A DNA stretch of 45,850 nucleotides from a virus (lineage: Duplodnaviria > Heunggongvirae > Uroviricota > Caudoviricetes): the IMG/VR virus record IMGVR_UViG_650377933_000003; one strand, given 5' to 3'. A program made the position numbers and the translations under genes. Shown piece after piece: positions 10,501-19,595 of this stretch. Position 1 is the first letter of the stretch. Every line of letters begins with the position of its first letter. The notes beneath the pieces were generated by a model that was not told the origin of the DNA, searched no databases, and saw nothing but the letters and a program-made list of their open reading frames with translations.

Positions 10501-10951
10501 TTTCCGTCACCCAGCCACCGTTACGCTGTATCTGAACCAGCAGGCGGACTTCCGACGGATTCCGGTCCCCCTTTGAGGTGGTTTCCACCAGTGCCTGCAC
10601 ACCGAAGGTAAAGCGCAGACGGTCGATGTTTGCAGACGTGATGGTCCGGGTAATCGGCGTGTCGTACTTCACTTCCGTACCCAGCACCGTCTCGGAGCCG
10701 GAGGATTCAAATCCCTCCGGCGGTGTCTGCTCCTGCTCACCTGCCCGGAAAACCACCGTGACACCGGAGATATTGGTATTCCCCTCACTGTCCAGCACTG
10801 GCGTACTGTTCAGCAGCACACTTTTTAATCCGTCCACCGGACCTTCAATCGGCCCTTCACTGATGGCGTCTATCACGCTCAGCATCTGCGTGGACTTCAG
10901 GTTGTCCTTCGCTTCGCGCGGGGTATGCCCCTTACTGCTGCCTTTACCCAT
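7538..10951 (-). CDS. J: Tail tip / host-specificity protein J (central tail fibre)
   Basis: 1137 aa; N-terminus [22 protein letters not shown]... and overall length match recalled lambda J (about 1132 aa). Confidence 0.95.
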   Translation of the reverse strand: MGKGSSKGHTPREAKDNLKSTQMLSVIDAISEGPIEGPVDGLKSVLLNSTPVLDSEGNTNISGVTVVFRAGEQEQTPPEGFESSGSETVLGTEVKYDTPITRTITSANIDRLRFTFGVQALVETTSKGDRNPSEVRLLVQIQRNGGWVTEKDITIKGKTTSQYLASVVVGNLPPRPFNIRMRRMTPDSTTDQLQNKTLWSSYTEIIDVKQCYPNTALVGVQVDSEQFGSQQVSRNYHLRGRILQVPSNYNPQTRQYSGIWDGTFKPAYSNNMAWCLWDMLTHPRYGMGKRLGASDVDKWALYVIGQYCDQSVPDGFGGTEPRITCNAWLTTQRKAWDVLSDFCSAMRCMPVWNGQTLTFVQDRPSDKVWTYNRSNVVMPDDGAPFRYSFSALKDRHNAVEVNWIDPNNGWETATELVEDTQAIARYGRNVTKMDAFGCTSRGQAHRAGLWLIKTELLETQTVDFSVGAEGLRHVPGDVIEICDDDYAGISTGGRVLAVNSQTRTLTLDREITLPSSGTTLISLVDGSGNPVSVEVQSVTDGLKVKVNRVPDGVAEYSVWGLKLPTLRQRLFRCVSIRENDDGTYAITAVQHVPEKEAIVDNGAHFDGDQSGTVNGVTPPAVQHLTAEVTADSGEYQVLARWDTPKVVKGVSFMLRLTVAADDGSERLVSTARTTETTYRFRQLALGNYSLTVRAVNAWGQQGDPASVSFRIAAPAAPSRIELTPGYFQITATPHLAVYDPTVQFEFWFSEKRITDIRQVETTARYLGTALYWIAASINIKPGHDYYFYIRSVNTVGKSAFVEAVGRASDDAEGYLDFFKGKITESHLGKELLEKLELTEDNASRLEEFSKEWKDANDKWNAMWGVKIEQTKDGKHYVAGLGLSMEDTEEGKLSQFLVAANRIAFIDPANGNETPMFVAQGNQIFMNEVFLKYLTAPTITSGGNPPVFSLTPDGRLTAKNADISGNVNANSGTLNNVTVNENCTIKGMLEANQVRGDFVKTVSKSFPKKAGTWGNTETPNGTVTVTIYDDHNFDRQIIIPPIIFNGVAYDDPGSGNNPGGTRYTGYGFEVRKNGVLIASRETKGAIPGSYSAVIDMPSGGGNVTLEFKIFQKGNQGAGNITDCTVIVTKKAASGISIR

Positions 10952-11011
10952 TCCTCACGCTCCAGAAACGACAAAACCGCCCTGAGGCGGTTTCACATAA
11001 AACGTTTTTCA

Positions 11012-11659
11012 TCAACGACCAATCACCACAACCTGACCACCGTCCCCCTCGTCTGCCGTGCTGATCTCCTGAGAAGCCACCCGCGACCCCACGCGCATTT
11101 CACCGTACAGAACAGGCAGAACATTGCCCTGGGCAACCATGTTATCCAGTGATGAGAAATAGGTGTTCTGCTTACCGTTATCCGTGCTGGTCGCTGTGGG
11201 CGTCCGGGCTTTCGGTGCCAGCATCTGGGCCACACCCCCCAGGATCATACTGGCCCCTGCCGCATACATGCCCGATACAGCCGCGGCACCCAGCCAGCCC
11301 ACAGGGTTCCACCATGCCACCGCAATCAGCGCCGCCCCCAGCACCACCTGAAACACACCGCCACTTTTAGCTCCCGCCAGACGCGGCACGATGTGGATCA
11401 CGGCACCATTTGCCAGCGGCTCATTAAGACGGGCAGATAATTCGGTTTCACCTGCATCACGCCCGGCAATGCGCACCTGATACCAGCCGTCATTCAGTTT
11501 CTGACGAAACGCCGGGAGCTGTGTGGACAACGCCCGGATGGCTTCAGCCCCCGTTTTTACACGAAGGTCGATGCGGCGGCCAAATCGTTGTAAATCCCCG
11601 TAAAGGCAGATGCGTGCCATGCCCGGTGACGCCAGAGGGAGTGTGTGCGTCGCTGCCAT
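11012..11659 (-). CDS. I: Tail tip assembly protein I
   Basis: 215 aa in the lambda I position; overlaps the 3' end of K as in lambda; sequence resembles recalled gpI. Confidence 0.85.
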   Translation of the reverse strand: MAATHTLPLASPGMARICLYGDLQRFGRRIDLRVKTGAEAIRALSTQLPAFRQKLNDGWYQVRIAGRDAGETELSARLNEPLANGAVIHIVPRLAGAKSGGVFQVVLGAALIAVAWWNPVGWLGAAAVSGMYAAGASMILGGVAQMLAPKARTPTATSTDNGKQNTYFSSLDNMVAQGNVLPVLYGEMRVGSRVASQEISTADEGDGGQVVVIGR

Positions 11660-12300
11660 TTGTCGGTATACCTCTCTCGTTTGCTCAGTTGTTCAGGAAT
11701 ATGGTGCAACAGCTCACCGTCGCCGCAGTAAATGGCGGCATGATTCGGCACCGATGAACCAAAACAGCACAGCAGCACATCGCCCGGCTGCGCCGCTGAC
11801 AACGGCACCTGATACAGCCCTGTGGCCTCCAGATTATCCAGATAGAGATTCTGGCCGTTACACCACCAGTCATCCTCACGATGAAAGTCCGGCATCTCAA
11901 TCCCCGCCAGATGATAAGCATCCCGGAACAGCGTGTAACAGTCCGTCACCCCGTGCTCAAAGCGCCGCCCGGTAAGATGCGGCACACAGCGGAACTTATG
12001 AATCTCACCCCGGCAGACCAGCCACCAAGGCAAATCGCTCTGCACCTGCAGCCGCCTGTCAGCCTCACTCAGCCAGGGCAGACCACCGGGGTGGCTGTGG
12101 ACCAGCGCCACAATCTCACCCTGCATCTCTGCCCGCAGCCAGTCCTCCGGCGACATCCGGAAATACGCCTCCGGCTCACCGGAGATATTCACGCAGGGAA
12201 AATATCTTTCCCCTTCCGGCGTTCTCACCACGAAGCCGCACGACTCCGCTGGCGCACATCGCCGGGCGTGCGCCAGAATCGCTGATTCTGTCTGTGTCAT
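11557..12300 (-). CDS. K: Tail tip assembly protein K (JAB/MPN plus NlpC/P60-like)
   Basis: Start placed at the ATG at 12300 (MTQTESAILAHARRCAPAESCGFV...); HSHP motif present; matches recalled lambda K. Confidence 0.85.
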   Translation of the reverse strand: MTQTESAILAHARRCAPAESCGFVVRTPEGERYFPCVNISGEPEAYFRMSPEDWLRAEMQGEIVALVHSHPGGLPWLSEADRRLQVQSDLPWWLVCRGEIHKFRCVPHLTGRRFEHGVTDCYTLFRDAYHLAGIEMPDFHREDDWWCNGQNLYLDNLEATGLYQVPLSAAQPGDVLLCCFGSSVPNHAAIYCGDGELLHHIPEQLSKRERYTDKWQRRTHSLWRHRAWHASAFTGIYNDLAAASTFV

Positions 12301-12304
12301 GGGA

Positions 12305-13003
12305 TTACTGCGAAAGTTTGTTAATGGAAAGGAAGCCGCCAAAGTTGCCGACGTTATTGCGAAACTTACAGCCGCTCAGGCATTTGCTGCATTTATCCTT
12401 CGTGATATCGGACGTCGGCTGGTCATATTCATCCGCGACAGCCGGACCATGATAACCGCACTCATCACCGCGATAGGTCCAGGTGCAGGTGTTGGCCAGC
12501 ATGATGCGCCCCGGAAAAACAGCACCATCCGTTTCCGTCGGTGTGGAGAGCACAAAGGAGGCACTGACCGCACTCAGTTCGCTGCACTGCTCGATGCGCC
12601 AGCGGCTGATCACCTCCTGCTCCGGATCGGCGTCGCTGTTTCCGTTGACGAAGTTCACCGCATCCAGAAAACGGGCGTAAACCTTACGCCTGACCACCGT
12701 TCCGCCGACCAGACTCTGCAGGTCTTCCGCCATCCCGGTGACCATGCCGTGCAGGTTAGAGACCGTCAGTGTCGGACGGGCAGCACTGCCCTTACCGTTC
12801 AGTTCAAATCCCGTCCCCTGAATGGGGTATGCCTGATACTGCCGCCCCTGCCAGGTGACCGGCTCACCTTTTTCGTTCTGCTCATTACAGAAAAAATAAC
12901 GTTCACCACCGACCTCTGTCAGATCGATTTCCCAGAGCACCACCAGGGCTGACTGAGTAAGGCGTGTCGTCTCATGATGTGTTTCCTGTGGAATATCCTG
13001 CAT
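12305..13003 (-). CDS. L: Minor tail protein L
   Basis: 232 aa; lambda L-like sequence with C-terminal Cys cluster (KCSKCLSGCKF). Confidence 0.9.
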   Translation of the reverse strand: MQDIPQETHHETTRLTQSALVVLWEIDLTEVGGERYFFCNEQNEKGEPVTWQGRQYQAYPIQGTGFELNGKGSAARPTLTVSNLHGMVTGMAEDLQSLVGGTVVRRKVYARFLDAVNFVNGNSDADPEQEVISRWRIEQCSELSAVSASFVLSTPTETDGAVFPGRIMLANTCTWTYRGDECGYHGPAVADEYDQPTSDITKDKCSKCLSGCKFRNNVGNFGGFLSINKLSQ

Positions 13004-13012
13004 CAGGGCCTC

Positions 13013-13342
13013 CTATGCCACGACCTGTTCAAAATCTGCCGTTATGGTTACCCACAGCGCCCCCACGCTTGCCGACCATTTACGACAAACCACCCTGATC
13101 GGCCTCCAGTCATAAGGTGGCGTCCACTGAAATGCGCGGACGCCACCGTGCCGTTCCAGAAAGGCTTTTAAAGATGGGTGTTCACATTTACGAACACGTA
13201 TCGTCACGCTGTAAGTCGACAACTGGTTATTCAGTCCCGCCGCACGACGCTGTTCATAACCATCGCCCAGCTTCACTGTCACCACTTTCGGCTCTGATAC
13301 CACATTCATATCCGGGCGCACTTTCCAGTGAAACGTCTCCAT
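13013..13342 (-). CDS. M: Minor tail protein M
   Basis: 109 aa in the lambda M position and size; sequence resembles recalled gpM. Confidence 0.9.
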   Translation of the reverse strand: METFHWKVRPDMNVVSEPKVVTVKLGDGYEQRRAAGLNNQLSTYSVTIRVRKCEHPSLKAFLERHGGVRAFQWTPPYDWRPIRVVCRKWSASVGALWVTITADFEQVVA

Positions 13343-16300
13343 TACCGATATGCTCCACTTAACCGACCACCATCACGGGCCTGCTGTTGCATAAAGTCCG
13401 CTGCCGCTTTTTTCCCAAGGTCATAAACCACCTTCAGGGCAGCCGGACCTATCTGCCCGTTCGTGCCATCGTTATTGATCTCGATGTTGTACTGCGGGGA
13501 AAACATCGCCATACCTGAACCCCCAATATCCGCCACAACCCCCAGCTTACCGTCAGCACCACGACGCAATGGCAGAATGGCTTCAGGTCCCGCTTCCCCC
13601 ATCACACCCGCGCCTTTTGCAAAAGCAAAAAACGTCGGACGGTTAACCACCGTGCCACTGTAACGACTCAAATCAGCAGACTGATAAATCCCCCCATTGG
13701 CATTCAGGGAAAGGCTGCTGAGATCAAATCCCAGTACACTGCCAATCCCTTTTATCGATTTCATCATGGTTGCCTGCGCCAGGATTTTCGCCATATCTGA
13801 CAGCACAGAAGAGGTGAAGGATTTGAAATTGAGTTTGCCGGTAGTGACAAAAGTTGCCAGGCCATTTCCCATGTTGCTGAAGGCTGACGAGAACACCTGT
13901 TCTGCTGTTTCTGCCGTATTATCTGCATCCACGGTAAAATCCTGAAATGCACGCAGGACTCCGTTTTTCCAGTTACCCTGCACAACTTCAAGCTGTTGCC
14001 AGTAACGGCGATTCTCATTCAGTTGTCGGTTCAGGCTCTCCGTCAGCGCCTGCTCGGCCTTTCTGTAGTCATCCGTGTTATATGTCCCTTTCTGCTCACT
14101 ATCCCGCCTCAACTGCTCCAGCTGTTGCTGGTATTTCTGGCGAAGACTCAGTTGTACCTGATATCGCTGTCGCTGCTGATCACCCATACCCACCGTGGCG
14201 ATATCCAGGTCATGTTGCTGACGCTGAGCGCGCTCTTCTTCAGCCAGTTGACTGGTCAGCTGAATTGTTTTTTTCTTCAGCTCGTTGAGTGCCGTCTGTT
14301 TCTGAAGCTCCTGCTGTTTTACATCCAGCAGCGTCAGTGCCTGAATCAGTTCATCTTTACGGGCCAGCACACTCTTTTCATCTGCCGTCAGTTTTTTCCC
14401 GTCCAGGTCGCTGATGCGCTGCTGCAGAGCCAGGAGCTGTTTATGCGCTTCTGTCATCCTTTCCGTGGCAATGCCTGCTGACTGTCTGGCAGCAGCAATC
14501 TGTCCTTCCACCTGTGCCTGTTGCTGACTGTACTGCAGCAATAACCGGGTGGCCTCATCATTACGGGTTTCGCGTGTTTTTTTCTTACCGGATGCCAGGG
14601 CTTTCTCGTAACGTTCATTTTCACGTTGTATCGCCGCATCCCTGACAGTCTGATCGGCGTACTGCATGGCATTAATACGCGCAATTTCACGCTGATGTCG
14701 TGCAGCTTCCGTTTCATTCATCCGGTTCAGTGCAGCATTTTCAGCATTACGGCGTTTCTGTTGCTCCTGATAATTCCGCTCTGCCTGCTCTTTTGCATCC
14801 TGCAAATCCTTCTGGCGTTTTTTCTCCTGAAGATCGTTAAGACGCTGTTGATCGTATTCAACCTGAGAAGATGATGCCGTCCAGGGGAGTCTTTTCGCCC
14901 GCGACACTTTCTCCTGCAAAGTGGCAATCTGCGCATCCAGCGAATCTTCACGACCAATATTCATGGCCGCATCCCAGAACTGCTTCCACCAGTCAGACAA
15001 AGTTTGCAGCGTACTGCCCAGCGCATTGAGGTTATTATCAATATCCGCAGTACGCCGACCGGTTTCCTCTGCCAGTGCAGACATGGCTATCCGTGCCGCA
15101 TCACTGGACCGCCCCTGCTCTCCAAGGACGCGTATCTGCTCAAGCTGAGTGGCAGTAAGAAAATGCAGCTCATTGTCCAGAGACTTCGCGGCATTTACAG
15201 GATCATCCTTCAGCCGCTTAAACTGATTTATGGTATCGCTGACCGACTGGCCAACCGATCGCTCCATCTGTGCGGCAGCTCTCGCCACCATACCGATATC
15301 GTTTCCACGAAATGCACCACTCCCCACCACCTGAGCCAGCGCACCGGCTGCAGCATGTTGCGTGATACCATTCCCGGAAATAGCACGACTGAGCGTCCAC
15401 AGCTGCCCGGCAGTGACTCCGGCATAATGCCCCGTCAGCGACAGCTGGCGGTTAAATTCTTCCCCCTCCTTCTGACCGTCATACCAGGCTTTACCCAGAC
15501 CATAGACGGCCGCGGTAATACCGCCAATAACCCCGCCCAGCATCATGCCTTTCGGTGACATCAGTGTGTCTATCCATCCGGCACGGTTAGCCAGCGTTAT
15601 CCCGGATCCCCTTAGCGCCCCTAAATTGCCGCGGGCCAGTTCACCTATCAGAACGCCTATCTCCTGGCGGGCCGCTGCACTTTTCAGACCCAGCGAATGC
15701 GTGGCTTTTCCTGCCCGCTCCATTTTGCGGATATACACTTCTGCAGCACTGCTTACCCCCAGCTGGGCAGCCCTGGCACGAAGCAACTCAGAAGAAGAAA
15801 GATTCTGGCGGGTTGCCTGCTCTTTAAGCTGACGGATAAACGCCACTTTCTGTCGGGTAGCCTCTGCCTCAGCCTGCGTAAGAACACGGGTTTTCGCCGT
15901 AACCTCAGAAATCAGCGCCAGATAATCCTGCTGACCAATCCCGCCACTGTTTCTGGCCTGTCGGATCTGCTGCTGAATACGCTGTAATTCCTGCAGCCCC
16001 GCACTGGCCTGTTTCACACTGTCAATCTGACGATAAAACGCAGCAGCCGCTTTATCCTGAGCCTCCGCCAGAGCCATGGCCTGCGCCTGTTCCTCGCGCA
16101 TTTTCTGGCTCAGTGCCTCCATGCGCTGGCGGGTTTTCTCCACCTCGCGGGCCATGCGTTCATGAGCCTGTGCGTTCTTCTCCACCGTCTGCGCATGGAC
16201 GGATGCGGCTGTTGCAGCCGAAGAAGCTGCCTGCGTTGTCTGCCGGGCGGCCTGAGTCTGACGCTCCATAAAACGCTGCATACGGGCAGAAGACCGTTCT

Positions 16301-16407
16301 GCATCGCTGGCTGCACCATTCAGAAGGTTTTTGATACGGGGAATTTCATTTTTAAACTCTGCCGCATCAATCCCCAAATCAATGACCAGGTTGGCTATCT
16401 GGTCCAT
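13342..16407 (-). CDS. H: Tail tape measure protein H
   Basis: About 1020 aa, coiled-coil Q/E/R-rich; C-terminus INNDGTNGQIGPAALKVVYD... matches recalled lambda H. Start chosen at the ATG at 16407 with GGAGG upstream (ORF track extends to 16437). Confidence 0.9.
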   Translation of the reverse strand: MDQIANLVIDLGIDAAEFKNEIPRIKNLLNGAASDAERSSARMQRFMERQTQAARQTTQAASSAATAASVHAQTVEKNAQAHERMAREVEKTRQRMEALSQKMREEQAQAMALAEAQDKAAAAFYRQIDSVKQASAGLQELQRIQQQIRQARNSGGIGQQDYLALISEVTAKTRVLTQAEAEATRQKVAFIRQLKEQATRQNLSSSELLRARAAQLGVSSAAEVYIRKMERAGKATHSLGLKSAAARQEIGVLIGELARGNLGALRGSGITLANRAGWIDTLMSPKGMMLGGVIGGITAAVYGLGKAWYDGQKEGEEFNRQLSLTGHYAGVTAGQLWTLSRAISGNGITQHAAAGALAQVVGSGAFRGNDIGMVARAAAQMERSVGQSVSDTINQFKRLKDDPVNAAKSLDNELHFLTATQLEQIRVLGEQGRSSDAARIAMSALAEETGRRTADIDNNLNALGSTLQTLSDWWKQFWDAAMNIGREDSLDAQIATLQEKVSRAKRLPWTASSSQVEYDQQRLNDLQEKKRQKDLQDAKEQAERNYQEQQKRRNAENAALNRMNETEAARHQREIARINAMQYADQTVRDAAIQRENERYEKALASGKKKTRETRNDEATRLLLQYSQQQAQVEGQIAAARQSAGIATERMTEAHKQLLALQQRISDLDGKKLTADEKSVLARKDELIQALTLLDVKQQELQKQTALNELKKKTIQLTSQLAEEERAQRQQHDLDIATVGMGDQQRQRYQVQLSLRQKYQQQLEQLRRDSEQKGTYNTDDYRKAEQALTESLNRQLNENRRYWQQLEVVQGNWKNGVLRAFQDFTVDADNTAETAEQVFSSAFSNMGNGLATFVTTGKLNFKSFTSSVLSDMAKILAQATMMKSIKGIGSVLGFDLSSLSLNANGGIYQSADLSRYSGTVVNRPTFFAFAKGAGVMGEAGPEAILPLRRGADGKLGVVADIGGSGMAMFSPQYNIEINNDGTNGQIGPAALKVVYDLGKKAAADFMQQQARDGGRLSGAYR

Positions 16408-17106
16408 AACGCACACCTCCGGAAATACCTTCCCCAAGATGCATCAGTTCTTCGTCCGTTCTCTCCGGTATCCCGTTCTCTTCCGGTAAAAGGCTGAAAT
16501 CAGCCACCGCAGCATCACTGCTGCCGGACACCATTCTCACGATCAATGCCTTCAGCGAGGCAAACTGCGCATCCATCCACACATCACTGAAGCTCTGCAT
16601 CCGGAAATAATCGCCCCACTCACCAAGCTCAGTGGCCGACATTTCCGACAGCATCCGCCGCCAGTCTGCCCGCCGGAACTCCCGGGCAAGCCGCATGACA
16701 AACTGCATTTCCCGCGTCAGGACTTTTCCGGCGTCAGCGCCTCATGCTCATCATCCACGGCATTATCAATGGCCCCCATACCGCTCAGCGACAGAACCAT
16801 CTCCGCCCCCGCACCCAGGGCATCATACGACCATGTTGTAATAACGGATGCGCAAAGCGTCTCTACATCCTTAGACTGATCCGCATTCCACAGTGAGCGG
16901 GAAACCAGCCAGGCATTGATATCCATCCCCATCCGCAGAAAAGCAATCTGTCGTTCAGCCTCCGGCAGTTCTCCCTCCACGGCATCAAACTTTGCCGTTC
17001 GCTGCTGAACAAACGTCAGATATTCAATTCTCTGCAGCCCGGACAGCTCACTGAGCACCACGGACTGTTTTTCATAATTAAACGTGTCCTGTTTCAGAAA
17101 CATCAT
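16379..17106 (-). CDS. Tail assembly chaperone G-T, predicted product of a -1 programmed frameshift near the end of G
   Basis: The T-like frame (16379..16708 and open upstream past 16735) lies in the -1 frame relative to G and overlaps its 3' end; a GGAAAAG slippery-like heptamer sits at 16723..16729 on the coding strand. Confidence 0.6.
16717..17106 (-). CDS. G: Tail assembly chaperone G
   Basis: Start MMFLKQDTFNYE... with GGTGGAG upstream, resembling recalled lambda G (MFLKTESFEH...); stop codon at 16717..16719. Confidence 0.85.
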   Translation of the reverse strand: MMFLKQDTFNYEKQSVVLSELSGLQRIEYLTFVQQRTAKFDAVEGELPEAERQIAFLRMGMDINAWLVSRSLWNADQSKDVETLCASVITTWSYDALGAGAEMVLSLSGMGAIDNAVDDEHEALTPEKS

Positions 17107-17163
17107 GTTCTCCACCTGCAAAAAAGCCCCGCATAACCGGGGCAAATGATGAGTATCGTCCTG

Positions 17164-17907
17164 TTAACCTGCTGCGCTGACAGTCACCGCAGTCACAGCC
17201 ACAAAATTCCCGTCAGCGGTCATGCCCACAATGCTGACACTGCCCTGCTTCACGCCTTTTACCGTGGCCACAAGTCCGTTCAGGGTAACCGTGGCAGTCT
17301 GTGGATCTGACGAATGCACACTGATCGCTTTGTCACTGGCTCCGTCAGGTTTTACTGTAAAGGTCAGCGTGGTGGTTGCTCCCACTTTTACACTGGCAGA
17401 CGCCGGTGATACTGTCAGCCCGGTAACGCTCACGGTTTCAGTGCCTTCCTCTGCCAGATACGGACGCCCCACACCGCTGATTTTCACAGTGCGGGTCATC
17501 ACGTCTTTTGAGGCAATGGTTTTACCCAGTGAGCTCAGCCAGCCACGGAAAACATCAACAGTGCCGTTGGGATATTTGATACGAAACGCGCAGACTTCAC
17601 CGGAGTCGAACAACTGAACCAGTTTTTTCTGCCCGCTGTCACCCGGACGCCAGGCCAGCGTCGCCGAAGTATCACCAACGGATTTCTGCCCCTGGGTTGT
17701 CGTTTTCCAGTCTGCATCTTCATCATCGAGATAAGTGTCATCTTCTGCATCAGCGGTCATTTCGCCAGGTTGCAGATCCTTCACCATCGCAAGACGCAGC
17801 CAGTCAGTGTCCGACAAAGGGTTCGCAAACGCATCGCCGTTGCCGGTATACATCCAGAACGTCGTCCCCGCACCTTTCGTCTTTGCCAGTGGATTTGGTG
17901 TGGTCAT
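17164..17907 (-). CDS. V: Major tail protein V with C-terminal Ig-like (Big_2-type) domain
   Basis: Start at the ATG at 17907 with AAGGAGG upstream (MTTPNPLAKTKGAGTTFW...); lambda V-like throughout. Confidence 0.9.
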   Translation of the reverse strand: MTTPNPLAKTKGAGTTFWMYTGNGDAFANPLSDTDWLRLAMVKDLQPGEMTADAEDDTYLDDEDADWKTTTQGQKSVGDTSATLAWRPGDSGQKKLVQLFDSGEVCAFRIKYPNGTVDVFRGWLSSLGKTIASKDVMTRTVKISGVGRPYLAEEGTETVSVTGLTVSPASASVKVGATTTLTFTVKPDGASDKAISVHSSDPQTATVTLNGLVATVKGVKQGSVSIVGMTADGNFVAVTAVTVSAAG

Positions 17908-17917
17908 TACCACCTCC

Positions 17918-18331
17918 TTAATTCGTGTACGTGATCTGGTACGTGATTTCCGCCATCGCCCAGGTGGCCATCTCATTATCACGTTGATAGTTAAAACCGA
18001 GTGGGTTCAGGGTGTCGATGAGTCCGGAAAGTGCCGGTACATCATTCAGGGCCGGGAAAATGGTGCTCTCCATCCACATATCCAGCTCTGAATCCGGTGC
18101 CTGTGCCCGGATGAAGACGGCAATATGCAGAACAGCCTGCCAGTCATCTTCATCCGTCATTTTTCCGGTGTACTGAGCATCACTCAGCCACACCGCCACG
18201 GCAGGCAGTTCCTGCGCATCAATAAATGCCGGAAGCCCGTCAAAAAACGTGGCGCTGTCTCCACACTGTTCCCGAAGGCGTGCCAGTACGACCTGGCGGA
18301 TTTGTGTATGTCGGTTCATCGGGTCAGCCAT
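17918..18331 (-). CDS. U: Tail terminator protein U
   Basis: 137 aa; lambda U-like motifs (ATFFDG..., DSELD.WMES, ITY.ITY). Confidence 0.85.
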   Translation of the reverse strand: MADPMNRHTQIRQVVLARLREQCGDSATFFDGLPAFIDAQELPAVAVWLSDAQYTGKMTDEDDWQAVLHIAVFIRAQAPDSELDMWMESTIFPALNDVPALSGLIDTLNPLGFNYQRDNEMATWAMAEITYQITYTN

Positions 18332-18906
18332 AACCTCAGTTGTTGTTTCAGTGCATACCCCAGCTGTTTCGGCATTTCCGCAGCAATGATGTGGTCGCGG
18401 GCATCTTCAAATGCCTGTGTCAGCGGTCCGGACAGCGGGATTTTCACTACCTCCACAGGAAGACGATTTTTTCTTGGCCTGCCCTGATGGTCATGCCCTG
18501 TTGCAAAACGCGCTTCAGGAAGACGCCTCAGAACATGCCAGCGGCCATTCGCCAGTTGCTGAACAAATGCCCCCCGGAAAAAGTATTTTCCCACTCTCAG
18601 TCCTTCACCAGCACGCCGCCGTGTTGTGTTCAGTTTGATGGCGGGCAGATTGCCCCGGTTAACGCGGATCCTGGCCGTCATTTTTCCTGACGGACTGGCT
18701 TTAAACACCCGGACACGCTGACGTACCAGTTTCAGGGGGATCCCTTTCACCTGGTTATCTCCCGCAACGGTATTCCCGGCAACCTGCCGGGTGGCAACCG
18801 AGACCGCTTTCTGTGCCACACGGTTTATCGCCCATGCGCTGGCCTGTGGCACCATACGGGTATCAAGGCTGTTCAGATTGCGGATGGCATTCTCAAGCCC
18901 CTTCAT
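18316..18906 (-). CDS. Z: Tail completion protein Z
   Basis: 196 aa in the lambda Z position, immediately upstream of U with a short overlap. Confidence 0.8.
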   Translation of the reverse strand: MKGLENAIRNLNSLDTRMVPQASAWAINRVAQKAVSVATRQVAGNTVAGDNQVKGIPLKLVRQRVRVFKASPSGKMTARIRVNRGNLPAIKLNTTRRRAGEGLRVGKYFFRGAFVQQLANGRWHVLRRLPEARFATGHDHQGRPRKNRLPVEVVKIPLSGPLTQAFEDARDHIIAAEMPKQLGYALKQQLRLWLTR

Positions 18907-18917
18907 CCCACACCTCT

Positions 18918-19193
18918 TTACTCAATAAAGATCATTGGCTTACCGTTAAAGCGTTCATGCCGTGTGACCGTCCATTGTTGTCCGTCATAAACAACGCGAT
19001 CCCCGCGCCGTGGGCGGTATCCCGAAGAAAACACCACCAGAGAGACCGCAGGTCCGGACAGAGCATTCAGCTCTGCCAGTGTTTCTCCCGGGATCACAGT
19101 CATATCGACATCATTAATCGAGGCTGTCTTTCCCATCTTTCTGACCGTGATCGCATCCATACGCGCTGCCAGCCGGGAAAAGGGATCAGACAT
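18918..19193 (-). CDS. Head-tail joining protein, FII-like
   Basis: 91 aa small protein between the head genes and Z; weak resemblance to lambda FII (RRGD..., W...R motifs). Confidence 0.55.
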   Translation of the reverse strand: MSDPFSRLAARMDAITVRKMGKTASINDVDMTVIPGETLAELNALSGPAVSLVVFSSGYRPRRGDRVVYDGQQWTVTRHERFNGKPMIFIE

Positions 19194-19509
19194 TGAGTTT
19201 TACCGGCACTTCTTCTGCACTGGTTCCGGCATCTGCCCAGACAACCCCGACCAGCGGATCAGAGCCGCTGTTAGTCAGCTGAACTTTTCCGGACTTCAGA
19301 TAAACCTTCTTACCCGTTTTCATGTCATCCGTTTTCAGCTTAGGCAGCATAAACACACCTTCGGTCATGCCGTCGCCTGTTTCACCCTGTGGAATATCGG
19401 TCAGCGCCACCGCAAAAACATCACCCACCTGCACCAGCTCTCCGCTGCTGATGGCTGCACTGGCAACAATCGCCACCGTTTTTCCTTCTTCTACAAAATT
19501 CTTTGCCAT
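19186..19509 (-). CDS. Small head-associated protein (head completion/decoration-like)
   Basis: About 107 aa from the ATG at 19509 (MAKNFVEEGK...); Gly/Val-rich; sits between the capsid gene and the FII-like gene. Confidence 0.45.
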   Translation of the reverse strand: MAKNFVEEGKTVAIVASAAISSGELVQVGDVFAVALTDIPQGETGDGMTEGVFMLPKLKTDDMKTGKKVYLKSGKVQLTNSGSDPLVGVVWADAGTSAEEVPVKLNV

Positions 19510-19595
19510 AACTGTCTCCGCACAGCCCCGTTCAGGGGCTGATTTCAGGTACAAAAAAAGCCCTTACGGGCCATCAGAGTTGTTGTCTGCGACGT

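Noticed and set aside
13463-16319. Multiple 60-180-aa ORFs on both strands inside the tape-measure gene
   Set aside because: All are nested in the 3-kb H gene, whose frame is supported by a lambda-like C-terminus and coiled-coil composition; no independent start signals.
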